The notes below the pieces were generated by a model, which was not told the origin of the DNA, did no database searches, and saw only the letters and a list, made by a program, of their open reading frames with translations. A stretch of 53,269 bases of DNA. Origin: Gracilinanus agilis. Lineage: Eukaryota. Of this stretch, positions 1 to 13,680 are shown piece by piece. How positions within the stretch are numbered: position 1 is the first letter of the stretch; each line of letters starts with the position of its first letter. A program made the translations under genes and the position numbers. The stretch spans positions 767,559,816 through 767,613,084 of the forward strand of contig NC_058130.1 in the NCBI RefSeq assembly GCF_016433145.1, in the 5' to 3' direction.

Positions 1-782
1 CTCTTTATTAAGGACAACATAATATAAAGGATATTGAACTTGGAATCTGGAAGATCTAGGTTCAACTCCCATTTTATATGCATATCCCTGATTATTAGTG
101 AATTAGAACATTTTTTTTAATGGCTATTGATTGCTTAGACTTCTTCCTCTGAAAACAGCCTAATTCTATCTTTTTACCATTTATCAAATGACAAATAGTT
201 CTTTTTCCTATAAATTTGAATAATTTCCCTACATATCTTGGAAATGAGACCTTTATCAAAGAAATTTAATGCATAGATTTCTCAATTTCCTGCTTCTCTT
301 CTAATTTTACCTGCATTGGTTTTGTTTATGCAAAACTTCTCAATTTTATGTCATCAAAATTGTCCATTTTGTCACCTGTAACCTCTCTATCTTTTGTTTG
401 GTCATGAACTCTTCACTTATCCAGAGATCTGACAAGTAATTTCTTCTAGCCTTGATTATATTTCTAGAGCACTTACAAGGCTTACTAAGCACTTTCCTCT
501 CAACAGCTCTCCAAGGCTTTCGGATCCAATTCCATCATTTTACAGATGAGGAAACTGAGAATCATGGAAATGAAGTGACAAGTGCCTAAAGGCACCCAGG
601 TTTGAATCTAGATGACTCCTGACTCCAAATTNNNNNNNNNNNNNNNNNNNNNNNNNNNNNNNNNNNNNNNNNNNNNNNNNNNNNNNNNNNNNNNNNNNNN
701 NNNNNNNNNNNNNNNNNNNNNNNNNNNNNNNNNNNNNNNNNNNNNNNNNNNNNNNNNNNNNNNNNNNNNNNNNNNNNNNNNN

Positions 783-1605
783 ACAGATGGACAGATAGAT
801 AGATAGATAGAAATGGATGGATGGAGAANNNNNNNNNNNNNNNNNNNNNNNNNNNNNNNNNNNNNNNNNNNNNNNNNNNNNNNNNNNNNNNNNNNNNNNN
901 NNNNNNNNNNNNNNNNNNNNNNNNNNNNNNNNNNNNNNNNNNNNNNNNNNNNNNNNNNNNNNNNNNNNNNNNNNNNNNNNNNNNNNNNNNNNNNNNNNNN
1001 NNNNNNNNNNNNNNNNNNNNNNNNNNNNNNNNNNNNNNNNNNNNNNNNNNNNNNNNNNNNNNNNNNNNNNNNNNNNNNNNNNNNNNNNNNNNNNNNNNNN
1101 NNNNNNNNNNNNNNNNNNNNNNNNNNNNNNNNNNNNNNNNNNNNNNNNNNNNNNNNNNNNNNNNNNNNTGGATAGATACATAGGTAGATAGATGATAGGC
1201 AGACAGATGGATAGATAAATGGACAGATGGATGGATAGATAGGTGAATAGTCAGACAGACGGATAGACAGATGGACAAATGGACAGAGGGAGAAATGGAT
1301 GGATAGATAGACAGACAGACAGATAGACAGATGGATAGACAGACAGAGAAATGGGGTTAGATAAACAGATGGATAGATAGATAGACAGATGGACAAATGG
1401 ATGGATGGATGGAAGAATAAATAGAAAGAAAGAGATGGGAAGGAGAGAGAGAGCGATGTAGTGGATGAATAAAAGGATAGGTAGAAAGATAGATGAGATA
1501 GATAATAGATAGATATGCAGAGAGATGGATAGATAGATAGAAAGGTAGGTAGGTAAATAAATGGACAAATAGATCAATAGACTAATAGATATCTGGATGG
1601 ATAGT
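783..1605. repeat. Compound (GATA/GGAT/GACA)n microsatellite, partly gapped
   Basis: Tetranucleotide units visible throughout, flanked by N runs at 632-782 and 829-1167. Confidence 0.92.
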
Positions 1606-2944
1606 TTTCAAAGCATATTCCTTATAATGACCTTGTGACAGTAAATGCTTCCATACAGTAAAAAACAATACCATTGACTTCATGAAAGAACATTGCATGA
1701 GGGTTTTTTAATGACAGGCAGAATGGCACAGTGGCCTGGTTCTGGTATCAGAAAACCTGAATTCAAATTCCCAGCTTAACCACTTATTATCTGTGTGATC
1801 TTAGGTGAATTAATTTGTCTCTCTGGGCCTCAGTTTCCTCATTTATAACATATGGGAATTGAACTTGGTAGTGTCTGAGGTTTCCTCTGGCTTTGGTCCC
1901 TGGTCCTCCATTTCCTCATTTGTCAAATGAGGAGGTCAGATTAGATGGCCCTTGAAGGCCTTCCAGGTCTAAATTCCAGAATCTGAAATCCAATGGCCTG
2001 GGTTTGAATCCAGTGTGACCTTGGACAAGTCACTTATTGTGCCTTCTCTGGGATTTAGTTTCCTCATGTGAAAAATAATGTCATTGACCTAGATGATTCT
2101 GAAGGGTCCTTTTAGCCCCAGATCCTGACTTGCTGTCCCCATTTTTTGGTGAAGAAACCAAAGCTGATGGAGGTCAATAAGCTTAGCCCTCAGTGACAGG
2201 GCTGGCTCACTGCCCCTTTCCCCAGTCTTTGTTAGGACTTCCCCAAGATCTTTCCTGGATGCTCCTTTGTCTTCAGGGCCTTCAGATGTGCCTCTTTTCT
2301 CTCTTGGTCGCTCCCTATCCCTCCCTAGGATCTGGAATTACAAGCTCACCACTTGTCACAGGGGTGAGTTTCACATTTAAAGAGGGCTAGACCTGAAATA
2401 CTCTTCTCCCATCCCTCCCCATAAATACCCTCTGTGTTCTGGGCTCCAAAGCCTCTGGGAGCCCAGCCTGGGTGACCTGTAATTAGAACCTTTCTCTCAG
2501 CTGCAGGGCCCTGAGGCCGGAGGAGGCAGCAGGCAGGAAGGAGGCAGAGAACTGAGTTTCCAGGCCCAACCATTTTGTTCCCCATGAATTTTTCAAGAGG
2601 CAGAAAACCAAGCGGTTCCAGGCTCCATCTGCTACCCCCACCAGAGTGTAGGCCCCAGTCTCGGCTGGTCTTACCCACTCCACATTCCCGATTCCCTCCT
2701 ATCCAGTCTTGAATGAGGCCACATTCCAACTGGACAACCAAGAGCACGTACTGGGCTGGGACCCAGGTTAGATGAGGGATGCAGGTCTTCAAAGAAGAAC
2801 GAACCGTGGTCTCCATTTTCTGGTCCATGGACCCTTCACTAAGACCCCTCAGCAAGGAGGGAAAAGAGTACCAGGGAATCTCCACCCCCAAACCCCCTGA
2901 ATCAGAGGATGTAAATCCAGAAGAGATGGCTGATTTTTTTAACA

Positions 2945-3295
2945 GTTCTTTTTTTATTAACAAGCATTGATTTTCTCTTCCCACCATGAAAAAAGGAAAA
3001 ACAAAACCCGTGAAAGAAATATACAGAGTCAAGAAAAATGGATTCCCACATTGGCCACGTCCAATAATGTAAGTCTCATTCTACACTCTGAGTCCATCAC
3101 CTCTCTGTCAGGAGGTGGGCAGCCTGCTGCCTCACTGGTCCTCTGGAATCATGGTTGATCATTGCTTTGATCACAGTCCTTCAGACTTTCAAAGATATTT
3201 TGTCTTTCCAGGGTTGCCATTATTGTTTCACTTTTTCTCCACGTTTTTCTCCCTTCTCTCTGCATCAGTTCATACAAGTCTCTCTTTCATCTCTT
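2945..3295 (-). mobile_element. Marsupial L1 3'-end-type fragment
   Basis: CCCACATTGGCCA.GTCCAA...CTGAGTCCATCACCTCTCTGTCAGGAGGTGGG...CTGCATCAGTTCATACAAGTC, a recurrent marsupial repeat. Family name uncertain. Confidence 0.6.
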
Positions 3296-3464
3296 AGAGA
3301 TCGTCTTATCCAACTCCAATTCAAGCCAATTCAATTTTTTGAAAGTTCTAGAGTATGGGGATGGCTGGGAAGTGTTGGATTGGGGGTTAGATTTGAGTTC
3401 AAATCCCAGCTCTACCACTGATGACTTGTGTGGAAATGGGCACAATCCCTTCACTGGAACTAGT

Positions 3465-3710
3465 TATTGTTGGTGTTCAGTCGTTTAGGTTATGTCGTGC
3501 TCTTTGTGACCCTTTTGAAGTTTTCTTGGCAAAGATACTGGAGTGGTTTACCATTTCTTTCTCCAGTTCATTTTCCAGAAGAGATAGGTAGGATTAAGTG
3601 ACTTGCCCAGGGCCACACAGCTGGTAAGTATCTGAGGCTGGATTTGAACTCAAAAAAATGACTTTCTGATTCCAGGCCTGGTACTCTATTCATTGTGCCA
3701 CCTAGCTTGA
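3465..3710 (-). mobile_element. Mar1-type CORE-SINE (RTE/BovB-like tail)
   Basis: TTCAGTCGT...CTCTTTGTGACCC...CTTGGCAAAGATACTGGAGTGGTTT.CCATTTC motif. Similar copies at about 5790-5950, 15215-15660, 24790-25262 and 25620-25845. Confidence 0.8.
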
Positions 3711-3719
3711 ACTGTTCTA

Positions 3720-4510
3720 TCTAGCCATCCNNNNNNNNNNNNNNNNNNNNNNNNNNNNNNNNNNNNNNNNNNNNNNNNNNNNNNNNNNNNNNNNNNNNNN
3801 NNNNNNNNNNNNNNNNNNNNNNNNNNNNNNNNNNNNNNNNNNNNNNNNNNNNNNNNNNNNNNNNNNNNNNNNNNNNNNNNNNNNNNNNNNNNNNNNNNNN
3901 NNNNNNNNNNNNNNNNNNNNNNNNNNNNNNNNNNNNNNNNNNNNNNNNNNNNNNNNNNNNNNNNNNNNNNNNNNNNNNNNNNNNNNNNNNNNNNNNNNNN
4001 NNNNNNNNNNNNNNNNNNNNNNNNNNNNNNNNNNNNNNNNNNNNNNNNNNNNNNNNNNNNNNNNNNNNNNNNNNNNNNNNNNNNNNNNNNNNNNNNNNNN
4101 NNNNNNCTATCTATTCATCANNNNNNNNNNNNNNNNNNNNNNNNNNNNNNNNNNNNNNNNNNNNNNNNNNNNNNNNNNNNNNNNNNNNNNNNNNNNNNNN
4201 NNNNNNNNNNNNNNNNNNNNNNNNNNNNNNNNNNNNNNNNNNNNNNNNNNNNNNNNNNNNNNNNNNNNNNNNNNNNNNNNNNNNNNNNNNNNNNNNNNNN
4301 NNNNNNNNNNNNNNNNNNNNNNNNNNNNNNNNNNNNNNNNNNNNNNNNNNNNNNNNNNNNNNNNNNNNNNNNNNNNNNNNNNNNNNNNNNNNNNNNNNNN
4401 NNNNNNNNNNNNNNNNNNNNNNNNNNNNNNNNNNNNNNNNNNNNNNNNNNNNNNNNNNNNNNNNNNNNNNNNNNNNNNNNNNNCTGTCTGTCTGTCTTCA
4501 TCCATCTACT
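3720..4510. repeat. (TCTA/TCTG/TCCA)n microsatellite, mostly in assembly gaps
   Basis: Fragments ctatctattcatca and ctgtctgtctgtc flank the N runs at 3731-4106 and 4121-4483. Confidence 0.7.
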
Positions 4511-7500
4511 TATCTTTTTTAAGGTGGGAAGTTTAATTTAATGATCTCCAAGGTCCCTTTGAGAAATCTATACTGTATACCAGTTTGGGGATACAAAGAC
4601 TATTGAGTGCAAAAATATTTATTAAGTGATTGTATAATTTGAGGATGGGGGGTTTTTTCCTCTCTTTTAAAGATATTTTATTTTTCCTCAATTACATATA
4701 ATAACAGTTTTCTTAAGTTTTAAGATCCAAATTGTCTCCCTCTCTCCTTCTTCTGCCCCTTCTGGGAGATGGTAAGCAATTTGATCTGGGTTTTACATGT
4801 ATTGTCCTGTCAAACATACTTCCATATTGGTGATTGTTGTAAGAGAATACTCATATAAACCAAAACACCCCAAATAAAAACACAAATAAACTAAAGTGAA
4901 AAAGACTGTGCTTTGATCTACATCAGGAAGGACTTTCTAAAGGACAGAGCAAGGGCAGCTAGGTAGCACAAGTGGCCTAGAGTTAGGAGGACCTGAATTC
5001 AAATCACTTCCTAGCTGGGTGACCCTGGGCAAGTCACTTAACCCCAATTGTCTAGCTTTTACCACTCTTCTATCTTAGAATTGAGACTAAGAGTCTAGAT
5101 CAGACTATTCACTGCCTTGGGAAGGATAAGGAAGTTGAGGAGGGAGAAAAATCTGAATTCTAAAATGTCAAAAAAATTGTCAAAAATTGTTTCTACATGT
5201 AATTGGGAAAAAAAATTGGGAAAAAGAAAAAAGAATCGATACAAAGACAGACGATAAGGGTTAAAAAAAAAAAAAAAGGAGAAGGCACCTGAACTAAGCC
5301 TTGGACAAAAGGCAGAATCAGAGGTGAGGAAGGAGAGAACATGAGGGTAGGATTAGGGTAGTTTATGCAAAAGCATGGAGGCCAGAGATGAAGTGCTGAG
5401 TGAACACTGAGTAGACCAGTTTTTTCTTGAATAGAGAGTAAAAGAGGGATTAACATTTTTCCAGCTGGATCCAGATTGTCAAGACCTTCAAATGCCCACC
5501 AAGCTGAAGCCACTGGAAGGAAGAATTACCAGCAATCTTTGGCCTTCGGGACTAAAAATGACAGGATCCAAAGACAGAAGAAAACTTAGAGATTATTTAG
5601 TCCAATTCTCTCATTTTGCCAAGGAGGAAACTGAGGGAGAGTGGTTTGTCTAGGGTCCCACAGTGCAGAATCTGGATTTTCATCCAGGTCTCCTGACTCC
5701 CAATTCAGTGATCTTCCCAGGACATTAGCATCCCTCCTCTCCATGGCTCCTGGCATCTGAACATCCCTATTATAAATTATGACCCACATTCATATAGGCT
5801 GTGTGACCCTGGGCAAGTCACTTTTCCCTATTGATTTCAGTTTCCTCATATATCAAATGAGCTGATGGCAAACCCCTCCAGTATCTTTGCCAAGAAAACC
5901 TCAAATGGGGTCATGAAGACTCAGGCACAACTGAAATGACCGAACAACAAAAATCAGCCTAACGGGACCCCTAGCTGCTGACTTACAGTTCCGGTGCTAC
6001 CACTTGGTAAACCAAAATGCCGTGGCTATAAAGAGGACTCTTCATTTTTTTGTCTTTAAATCCCCAGCCTAGCATCTAACCAGTATATAGATATGATCAT
6101 AGGATCAAAAATATCTAAGGTGGGGAAAACTGATCAAAATCAGGTAACTCACAGAATCATAGAATTTTTAGAAGCAAATCATTCAAGATAATTTTAGTGC
6201 ATAATCATGCTTTTTGGTGAAGAATATAACTTTATTTTTAAAAAAATTTTAAACCCTTACCAGTCTGGTTCTAAGGCAGAAGAGAGGTAAGGGCTAGGCA
6301 ACTGGGGTTAAGCAACTTGCCCAGACTCACAAAGCTAGGAAGTATCTGAGGTCGAATTTGAACCCAGGACTTCCCGTCTCCAAGCCTGACTCTCTATCCA
6401 CTGAGCCACCAAGCTACCCCTGAATATACCTTTATTTTAAAATAGGTTTTCATTTATTTCATTAAATATGTCCCAATTATGTATAAAATATTTTAATTCA
6501 TTTAAAAATTTTTGAATTCCAAATTCTCTCTTTCCCTCCCACCCCTTGAGAAGGCAAGCAATAGGATATCAACTATATATGTGAAGTCATGCAAAACATA
6601 CTTCTATAACTTTGTTAAAAGATTATAAAGCATGAATAAATGTTTTATGATATGATATTTATGATAATTTTTTATGAAAATATGATAAATATTTTTGTTT
6701 TTATACTATCCAGATTTACTATGGAGCAAAATTTAAAGAAAGTATACATATATGATGGCACATCGCACCTTACTTAAACTATCATAGTCATAAGATCTTG
6801 GAATTACCATTTCCTATAACCAAACTTCAATACTTGAAGGATTTCTAATTTCATCAATACAGGTGCCCCTTCCATTGGCAGAGAAGGCAGCCACTCCATA
6901 CCATGGGAGATAATCCTCAAGACTAACCTCAAATTAAGAAGCTGAGCTAGACTGGTCTTTGTAGAGTCTAGGACTGGGCCAGTTCTCAGTCATCCCAGTG
7001 TGGCTGGACCTGCCAGAGCTCAGACTTTCCTTGGACAGAATTCAGGAGTCTGGACTGACTTTACACCTCTCTGCCTGTCTATAGCTTTCTGGCAGAAAGA
7101 AACGTGTTGCTTTAAATTCTGTAACTTTTACTTAGCTGCAGATAGAAGTTTTAACTGTTTCTCTCTTTCATTATCTCTTTCTCTCACACACATCCAGCAT
7201 TTAGTTGTACCCATCCAGATATAGCTCCATCGATTTCCCATTTCTCTTGCTATTGTGTCTCCTTGTCTCCCAGTAGCCCCTTCCATCTTCCTGTCATGGC
7301 ATGGAGAAAACAGCTTTTCTTGGAGAATCAGCATTCCTTGGCTGAATCTCTGCTGTGCCATTCGCTGTGTGGGTGAGCTTGGGTAAATACCTTTCCCTCT
7401 CTAAGCCTTAAATTTTCTCATCTGTAAAATGAGGTGGGGGGTTGATAGATGATGATGCTGATGGCTGACATTTGCCTAGACTTTAAAGTTGATGGAGCAC

Positions 7501-10378
7501 TTTAAAAACATCCTCCCAACAGCCCTGTGCTATTACCTCCACTTTACTGGTGAAGAAACTGAGGCAAAGAGGTTAAGTGATTTTCCCAGGGTCACACAGC
7601 TAATAAGCATGTGAGATGGGACTCAAACCTTCCAGGATTCTCACAACTCTACGATGCTGACTCTTTTCAGGGTGGTTCAAAGGGCTTTCCCAGTGATCCC
7701 CTCCTCTTTCAGAACCCTGGAATCATCTGGCAGGTTTTGGCTGTTGCTGAGCGGGCATGGAGGCTTCCTCTGGGCCAGACACACTCCCTGCCCAGGCATG
7801 TGGGTGCTTAATAAGTACATTTTCTTTATGACAGACAGGACGCAGCCCTCAGGGAGAGGCAGGAGGTCAGGAAGGGGAAGCAGAGGTGAAGGGCTGGGAT
7901 TCTAGGACCCTTGTTAAGTCCCTGTAGCCCACAAAAAGCCAGACTTTTCCAGAGAAGGAGGCATGGGGACACTCTCTCCCTAAGGTCCCATTCTCTCTCC
8001 CCATCCCCACCATTTCGCCTCTCCTAAAGGATGGGGCTGGACTCGGTGACATCAGAGCCTGTTGCCATGGGAACACCTGTTGCTCCCCTCCTCCCTCCCC
8101 CAACAGCCTCCTGCCAGGGAGATGAAGGAAGAGAGGGAATTCGTATTTGAGCTAGCTTGCTGGGGAGCTTCTAGCTTCAGTGGGATTATTTCTGGACCCC
8201 TTTCTCTTGGGAGAAATGAGGGATGGGGAGGCAGTGAAGAGAACTTCCTGAGCTTTGGGATCCCCTGGAAACTCCTCAGAGGGCCCCAGGAGCTTAAGTG
8301 GAAATCACACAGAACAGAGAGTCAGGAGAGACAGCGTGGTACAGCGGGCAGAGCCCTGGCCCTGGCATCAGAGGAGATGGGCTCCATCCTGCTTCTCACG
8401 CTTTCTTACCCCCTAGGAGACCTCCCAAGTCCTTAGTTTCTGCGTCTGTAAAATCGAAAGGGTTGAGCTAGATGGCCCTTGAAGTCCCTCCCAGCTCTGA
8501 AGTCCATGAACCTAGAAGACCTGATGGTCCAGTCCCAGCTTGAACCCTGACCGACTGGCTATGTGACTCCTGGGCAAGTCACTCCCCTTTCCTTAGCCTC
8601 AAGTTCCTGCCCTAGAAAACAGGGCACGTGGAACGGGACTGACCCCAACCAGAGCTGAACTGATGACTTCTCCAAGGGGGATTCCAGCCCTGATGCTCTG
8701 TGGGTCGGCAGCGGCCGAGGGGTCTGAGCAGAAGGAGGGGAGAAAGGCAGAAAGTGACCAGGTCTGTCGAGCTTTCCAGAAGCCAAGCAGACACAAAAAG
8801 AGGCACACGTGTAATGCTCAGCCCTCCCGGAAAAGCCTTCCAAAGCCACAACCCTCAGCCTCTAACCTCCCCAGGAAGACGATGGCCCTTTCGTGGTCCC
8901 CACTCTCTTACATGAGGGGCGGATGGATGGATGCATAGATGGATGGATGGATGGGAGGAGGGATGCGGGAATATTTGGCTCCTCTTTTTACATCCTTCCC
9001 AAGCACCTGCCCCTCTTTGGGGAAAGAGAAGCCCAGGGAGAGGGACGCAGGATGAGGAGATCTCAAAGGGACGGCAGTGCCACCCCCTTGTCTCTTTCCC
9101 CCTCAGTAGTGGGTGGCCGGCCAGTGTTGGGCTTGGAACCAGGTAGAGAGATGGAGGTTCAAATCCCCTCCCCTCACACACTGGGCTGGGCTCATCTCTC
9201 TGCGTTTATCAACCTCATTTTCCTCCATTGTAAAATGACAATAGAAACCCTCCTGGGACCAACCTCAGAGCTCAAATGAGATCGACTACACATCTATTCA
9301 GTATATAAAATATCTATAATATAAATGTAGATGGGTGTAATTTACCATATTAGAGCAAACGTTTTCTCCCTATTTGGATATTTCTGCTTGATTTCTGGAA
9401 TGAAATTTTACATTTATGGACTACTTTAAAGTTTGCAAAGCCACATACACATGATAGGAGTATATGTGTACATTTACATGTGTGTATGTATGTATATACT
9501 GTATATATGTGTAACACACACACAAAGGCACACGACTTTTTAAGTCTCAGAAAGGTTTGGTGATTTGCCAAAGGGCTCCCATGAGAAAAGAGGGGGCATA
9601 GATTTAGGCTTGCAAGGAACTTTGGAAGTCATCCAGCCTGATTCTCATTTTACAAATAAGAAAACTGAGGTTCAGAGAGTAAATTAACTGTCCAAAGACA
9701 CTGCAATAATAAGTAGGATCACTGCTATCCAGGCAAGAAGGGACTTTTGAGGGCATTTTAGTTTCCCCATTTAATGGATGGAGAAACAGAGGAACTGAAC
9801 TAAAAGGGTACTTTGGAAGCATCTAATCCAACCTCATTTAATATAAAAGGAAATAGTCTAGAAAGGGGAAATGACTTGAATAAGGTAGCACAGTGGGAAA
9901 GCCTGGATTTGAATCCACAAGCTCTTGCTTCCAAATCCTGGGCTTTTTCTAGACCTGGGTCCCCTAACTTGTGAATTACCCCACTGTGCCCTTCCTAGGG
10001 CTCCCCTTTTGGGGTCTGGAGGGGTTACTCCGCTTCCCCTTTTCTTGCCCCATCCCCTGCCCCTGAGATAATGTTGCTGTAGCTAAAGAGCTCCTCTCTC
10101 CAGCCTGCTCCCCTCCTACAAGGAGCCTCTCAGCCTGGGCGAGCTGAGCAGGGGGCTCCCAGCCTGCTTTCTCTTGGAGTAATTAAAAGTGAAATCCTCC
10201 CCTCCGTGACCCCCATGCTCCTGGCTCCTGGTGATTTACACATGAAAGGAACACGGAGGGCAAGGACTTTCTCCCTTTCACATTCACAATGAAGCAGGCC
10301 CTATAAATAAAACCTCTCTGAGAAACGAGAGGTTTCAAAAATGTCTTTGTGTGTGAGAGACACAGAGAAAGGGAGAGG

Positions 10379-11016
10379 NNNNNNNNNNNNNNNNNNNNNN
10401 NNNNNNNNNNNNNNNNNNNNNNNNNNNNNNNNNNNNNNNNNNNNNNNNNNNNNNNNNNNNNNNNNNNNNNNNNNNNNNNNNNNNNNNNNNNNNNNNNNNN
10501 NNNNNNNNNNNNNNNNNNNNNNNNNNNNNNNNNNNNNNNNNNNNNNNNNNNNNNNNNNNNNNNNNNNNNNNNNNNNNNNNNNNNNNNNNNNNNNNNNNNN
10601 NNNNNNNNNNNNNNNNNNNNNNNNNNNNNNNNNNNNNNNNNNNNNNNNNNNNNNNNNNNNNNNNNNNNNNNNNNNNNNNNNNNNNNNNNNNNNNNNNNNN
10701 NNNNNNNNNNNNNNNNNNNNNNNNNNNNNNNNNNNNNNNNNNNNNNNNNNNNNNNNNNNNNNNNNNNNNNNNNNNNNNNNNNNNNNNNNNNNNNNNNNNN
10801 NNNNNNNNNNNNNNNNNNNNNNNNNNNNNNNNNNNNNNNNNNNNNNNNNNNNNNNNNNNNNNNNNNNNNNNNNNNNNNNNNNNNNNNNNNNNNNNNNNNN
10901 NNNNNNNNNNNNNNNNNNNNNNNNNNNNNNNNNNNNNNNNNNNNNNNNNNNNNNNNNNNNNNNNNNNNNNNNNNNNNNNNNNNNNNNNNNNNNNNNNNNN
11001 NNNNNNNNNNNNNNNG
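10379..11016. other. Assembly gap (N run)
   Basis: 638 N bases. Confidence 1.
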
Positions 11017-11792
11017 GGCAGCTGGGTGGCTCAATGGATTGAGAGCCAGGCCCAGAGATGGAAGGTCCTGGGTTCAAATCTGACCTCAGATGGAAGGCAA
11101 ATCCTTACCTTTCTCTTAGAATCAATTGGCAGAAAAGCAGAAAGGACTAGGCAATAGAAGTTACATGACTTGCCCAGGATCACACAGCTAGGAAGATTCT
11201 AAGGCCAGATTTCAACCCAGTTCCTCCCATCTCCAGGTCTGACTCTTTATCCACTGAGCCACCTGGGTACCCCGTTCTTCAACATTTTTTGCCAAACACT
11301 AATATTCCATCACTATATCATAACTTGTACAGCCATTCCCCAATAAATGGGTACTTCCTCAGTTTCCAATTTTTTTCTTTGCTACCACAAAAAGAGCTGC
11401 TATAAATCTTTTTTGTACTTTTGGCTCTCTTTCCTCTTTCTCTGATCTCTTTGGTCACCTCCCACCCTCATTCTGAAGATGAGAAAAATGGTCCCAGGGT
11501 TGTTAACTGACATCTCAACGTGTTAAAAATGTTGATTCCTTCCCATGTAATAAGCCTCAGAGTCAAGTTTGGAACCCGGCACCCTACCAGAAGTGCTTAG
11601 GATAAAAAGAAAATAAGGTTGTGGGTTTGTGTGTTCAGGAAATAAAGCGAAGTGTTGGAAAAGAGACGGAGACTGAAAATGTGCCGGGAAGGACGTGGGC
11701 ATGAGCTCGGAGCAGATGTGTTGGGCCGCTCGGAATTTTGAGCTTGGATGAACCCTGGCTGTTAAGACAGCGCCTGGGAAAGAGAAGGATGA

Positions 11793-11793
11793 T

Positions 11794-11824
<31 letters not shown>
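11793..11824. repeat. (TG)n microsatellite
   Basis: Direct read. Confidence 0.9.
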
Positions 11825-12527
11825 AGCCTCTCAATAAGTGAATGATGAGGACCATCAAAAGGAAGAAAGGCTCTCTGGAGAGAAAGCTGTGGCAGGGGCC
11901 CCACAGGGAAGGGGTGGGAAGGGAGTACAAATGGCTTTAACCAGCCTGCCTAGAAGAGGAGGAGGTTCTCTTAGAGAGATGCTTGCAAGCTTCACCCACC
12001 CCCAAAGCACCCCAAGGTCCCCCGTTCCCCTTTGGGGGTTTGGGGGAGGACAGTATGGAGAAGAACAGTCAGATCCCAGTTGGGGAGGCCATCATGGGAG
12101 CCTTTCAGCTGCCCCCCACCCCTCCAGAGTTGCTGAACATAAGCTGGGGAATGGAAAAAAAAAAGATAATCAGGCTTGTCCTTAGCAGGGAGGGGAGGGA
12201 GGGAGGTCCTCCACAGCTTCCCAGGACTCGAATGATCCCAGGATTTCACACGCTGGGGACTCCTTTAACTTCTGTAGTAGGATATTTGGAGATTGGCTAG
12301 GTGGTGCCCTGGAGAGATGGCCAAAATTGGAATTAGGGAGATCTTAGTTCAAATCCTGCCTTAGACAATGAACTAGCTGGGCAAGTCACTTAACTTCTGT
12401 CTGCCTCAGTTTCCTCATCTGGACAGTGGGGTTAATCATAGGGCCAGCCACATTGGATTATTGTGAGCATTGAATGAAAACATGTATAAAACATTCTGTA
12501 AAAACCTTTAAGTGGTATATAATTGCT

Positions 12528-12632
12528 TGTTATCATTATTATTATCATCCTCATCACCATCCTTCTCTTCCTCCTCCTCCTCCTCATTATTATTATTATT
12601 GTCATTTTTATTATTATTATTATTATTGTTAT
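12528..12632. repeat. (ATT)n/(CAT)n/(CCT)n compound trinucleotide repeat
   Basis: Direct read. Confidence 0.85.
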
Positions 12633-13077
12633 AGCTGGAAGAGATCTTTGGGTTAAAGGGGACGAGTTTAAATCCTGCCTCTGACTTTTACCAGAGGCTG
12701 GATCTCCCATAAATCACTTAAGCTCTCCAAGGGTTGGGTTCCTCCTCTATGGGGAGAAGGATGGATTGGATAATCTCGAAAGGTCCTTCCTGCTCTAATC
12801 TATGATTCTCTGATCAAATTTCAAAAGAGGAGATTGATCTGAAAAGGATCTAATCTTGTGGTTTTGGAACTCAGCCCCGATATCTTGAGTGGAGTCAGTT
12901 TGGCCAGATTGTCATCCCGATGGTATCATCTCTTTTTGGATGGAACACTGGATTCTCTAGACCTTCCCTGCTATAGTGACAAAGGACACATCACTATGTC
13001 CCTGGGTAATGTGACTGGATTTTCAGTGTAAACCATATTATGGAAGGTTGAAGTTACTTTACTTAAAAAAAAAATTT

Positions 13078-13680
13078 TTTTTAACTCTTACCTTCCATCT
13101 TAGAATCAATACTGTGTATTGGCTCCAAAGCAGAAGAGTGGTAAAGGCTAGGCAATGGGGGTTAAGTGACTTGCCCAGGGTCACACAGCTAGGAAGTGTC
13201 TGAGGCCAGATATGAACTCAGGACCTCCCATCTCTAGGCCTGACTCTCAATCCACTGAGCCACCCAGTTGCCCCCTGAAGTTACTTTAAAAGAGCCTTTA
13301 CTTCTATGGGAGGTCTTGGGTTCATATTTGGGCTCAGATACTTTCTGGCTTTATGACCCTGGGCAAGTCCCTTAACCCCCATTACTGCTCTTCTGCCTTG
13401 GACCCAATACACAGTATTGATTCTAAGATGGAAAGTAAGAATTATTTTTTAATTTTTAATTTATTATTTTATTGTGTTTTTTTTTAAACCCTTACCTTCC
13501 GTCTTAGAGTCAATACTGTGTATTGGCTCCAAGGCAGAAGAGTGGTAAAGGCTAGGCAAATGGGGGTTAAGTGACTTGCCCAGGGTCACACAGCTAGGAA
13601 GTGTCTGTGGCCAGATTTGAACCTAGGACCTCCCATCTCTAGGTCTGGCTCTCAATCCACTAAGCTACCCAGCTTCCCCC
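13078..13680. mobile_element. Cluster of three SINE1_Mdo-type copies (-, + partial, -)
   Basis: Copies at about 13078-13276 (-), 13340-13440 (+) and 13483-13680 (-). Confidence 0.85.

Noticed and set aside
540-1577. Long ORFs (213-262 aa) rich in S/I/Y/L/H
   Set aside because: Translations of GATA/GGAT microsatellite and N gaps.
2346-3032. 228-aa minus-strand ORF
   Set aside because: No recognisable domain, begins inside an L1-type remnant, no convincing exon context.
10183-11083. ORFs of 233-283 aa
   Set aside because: Artefacts of reading through the 638-nt N run.
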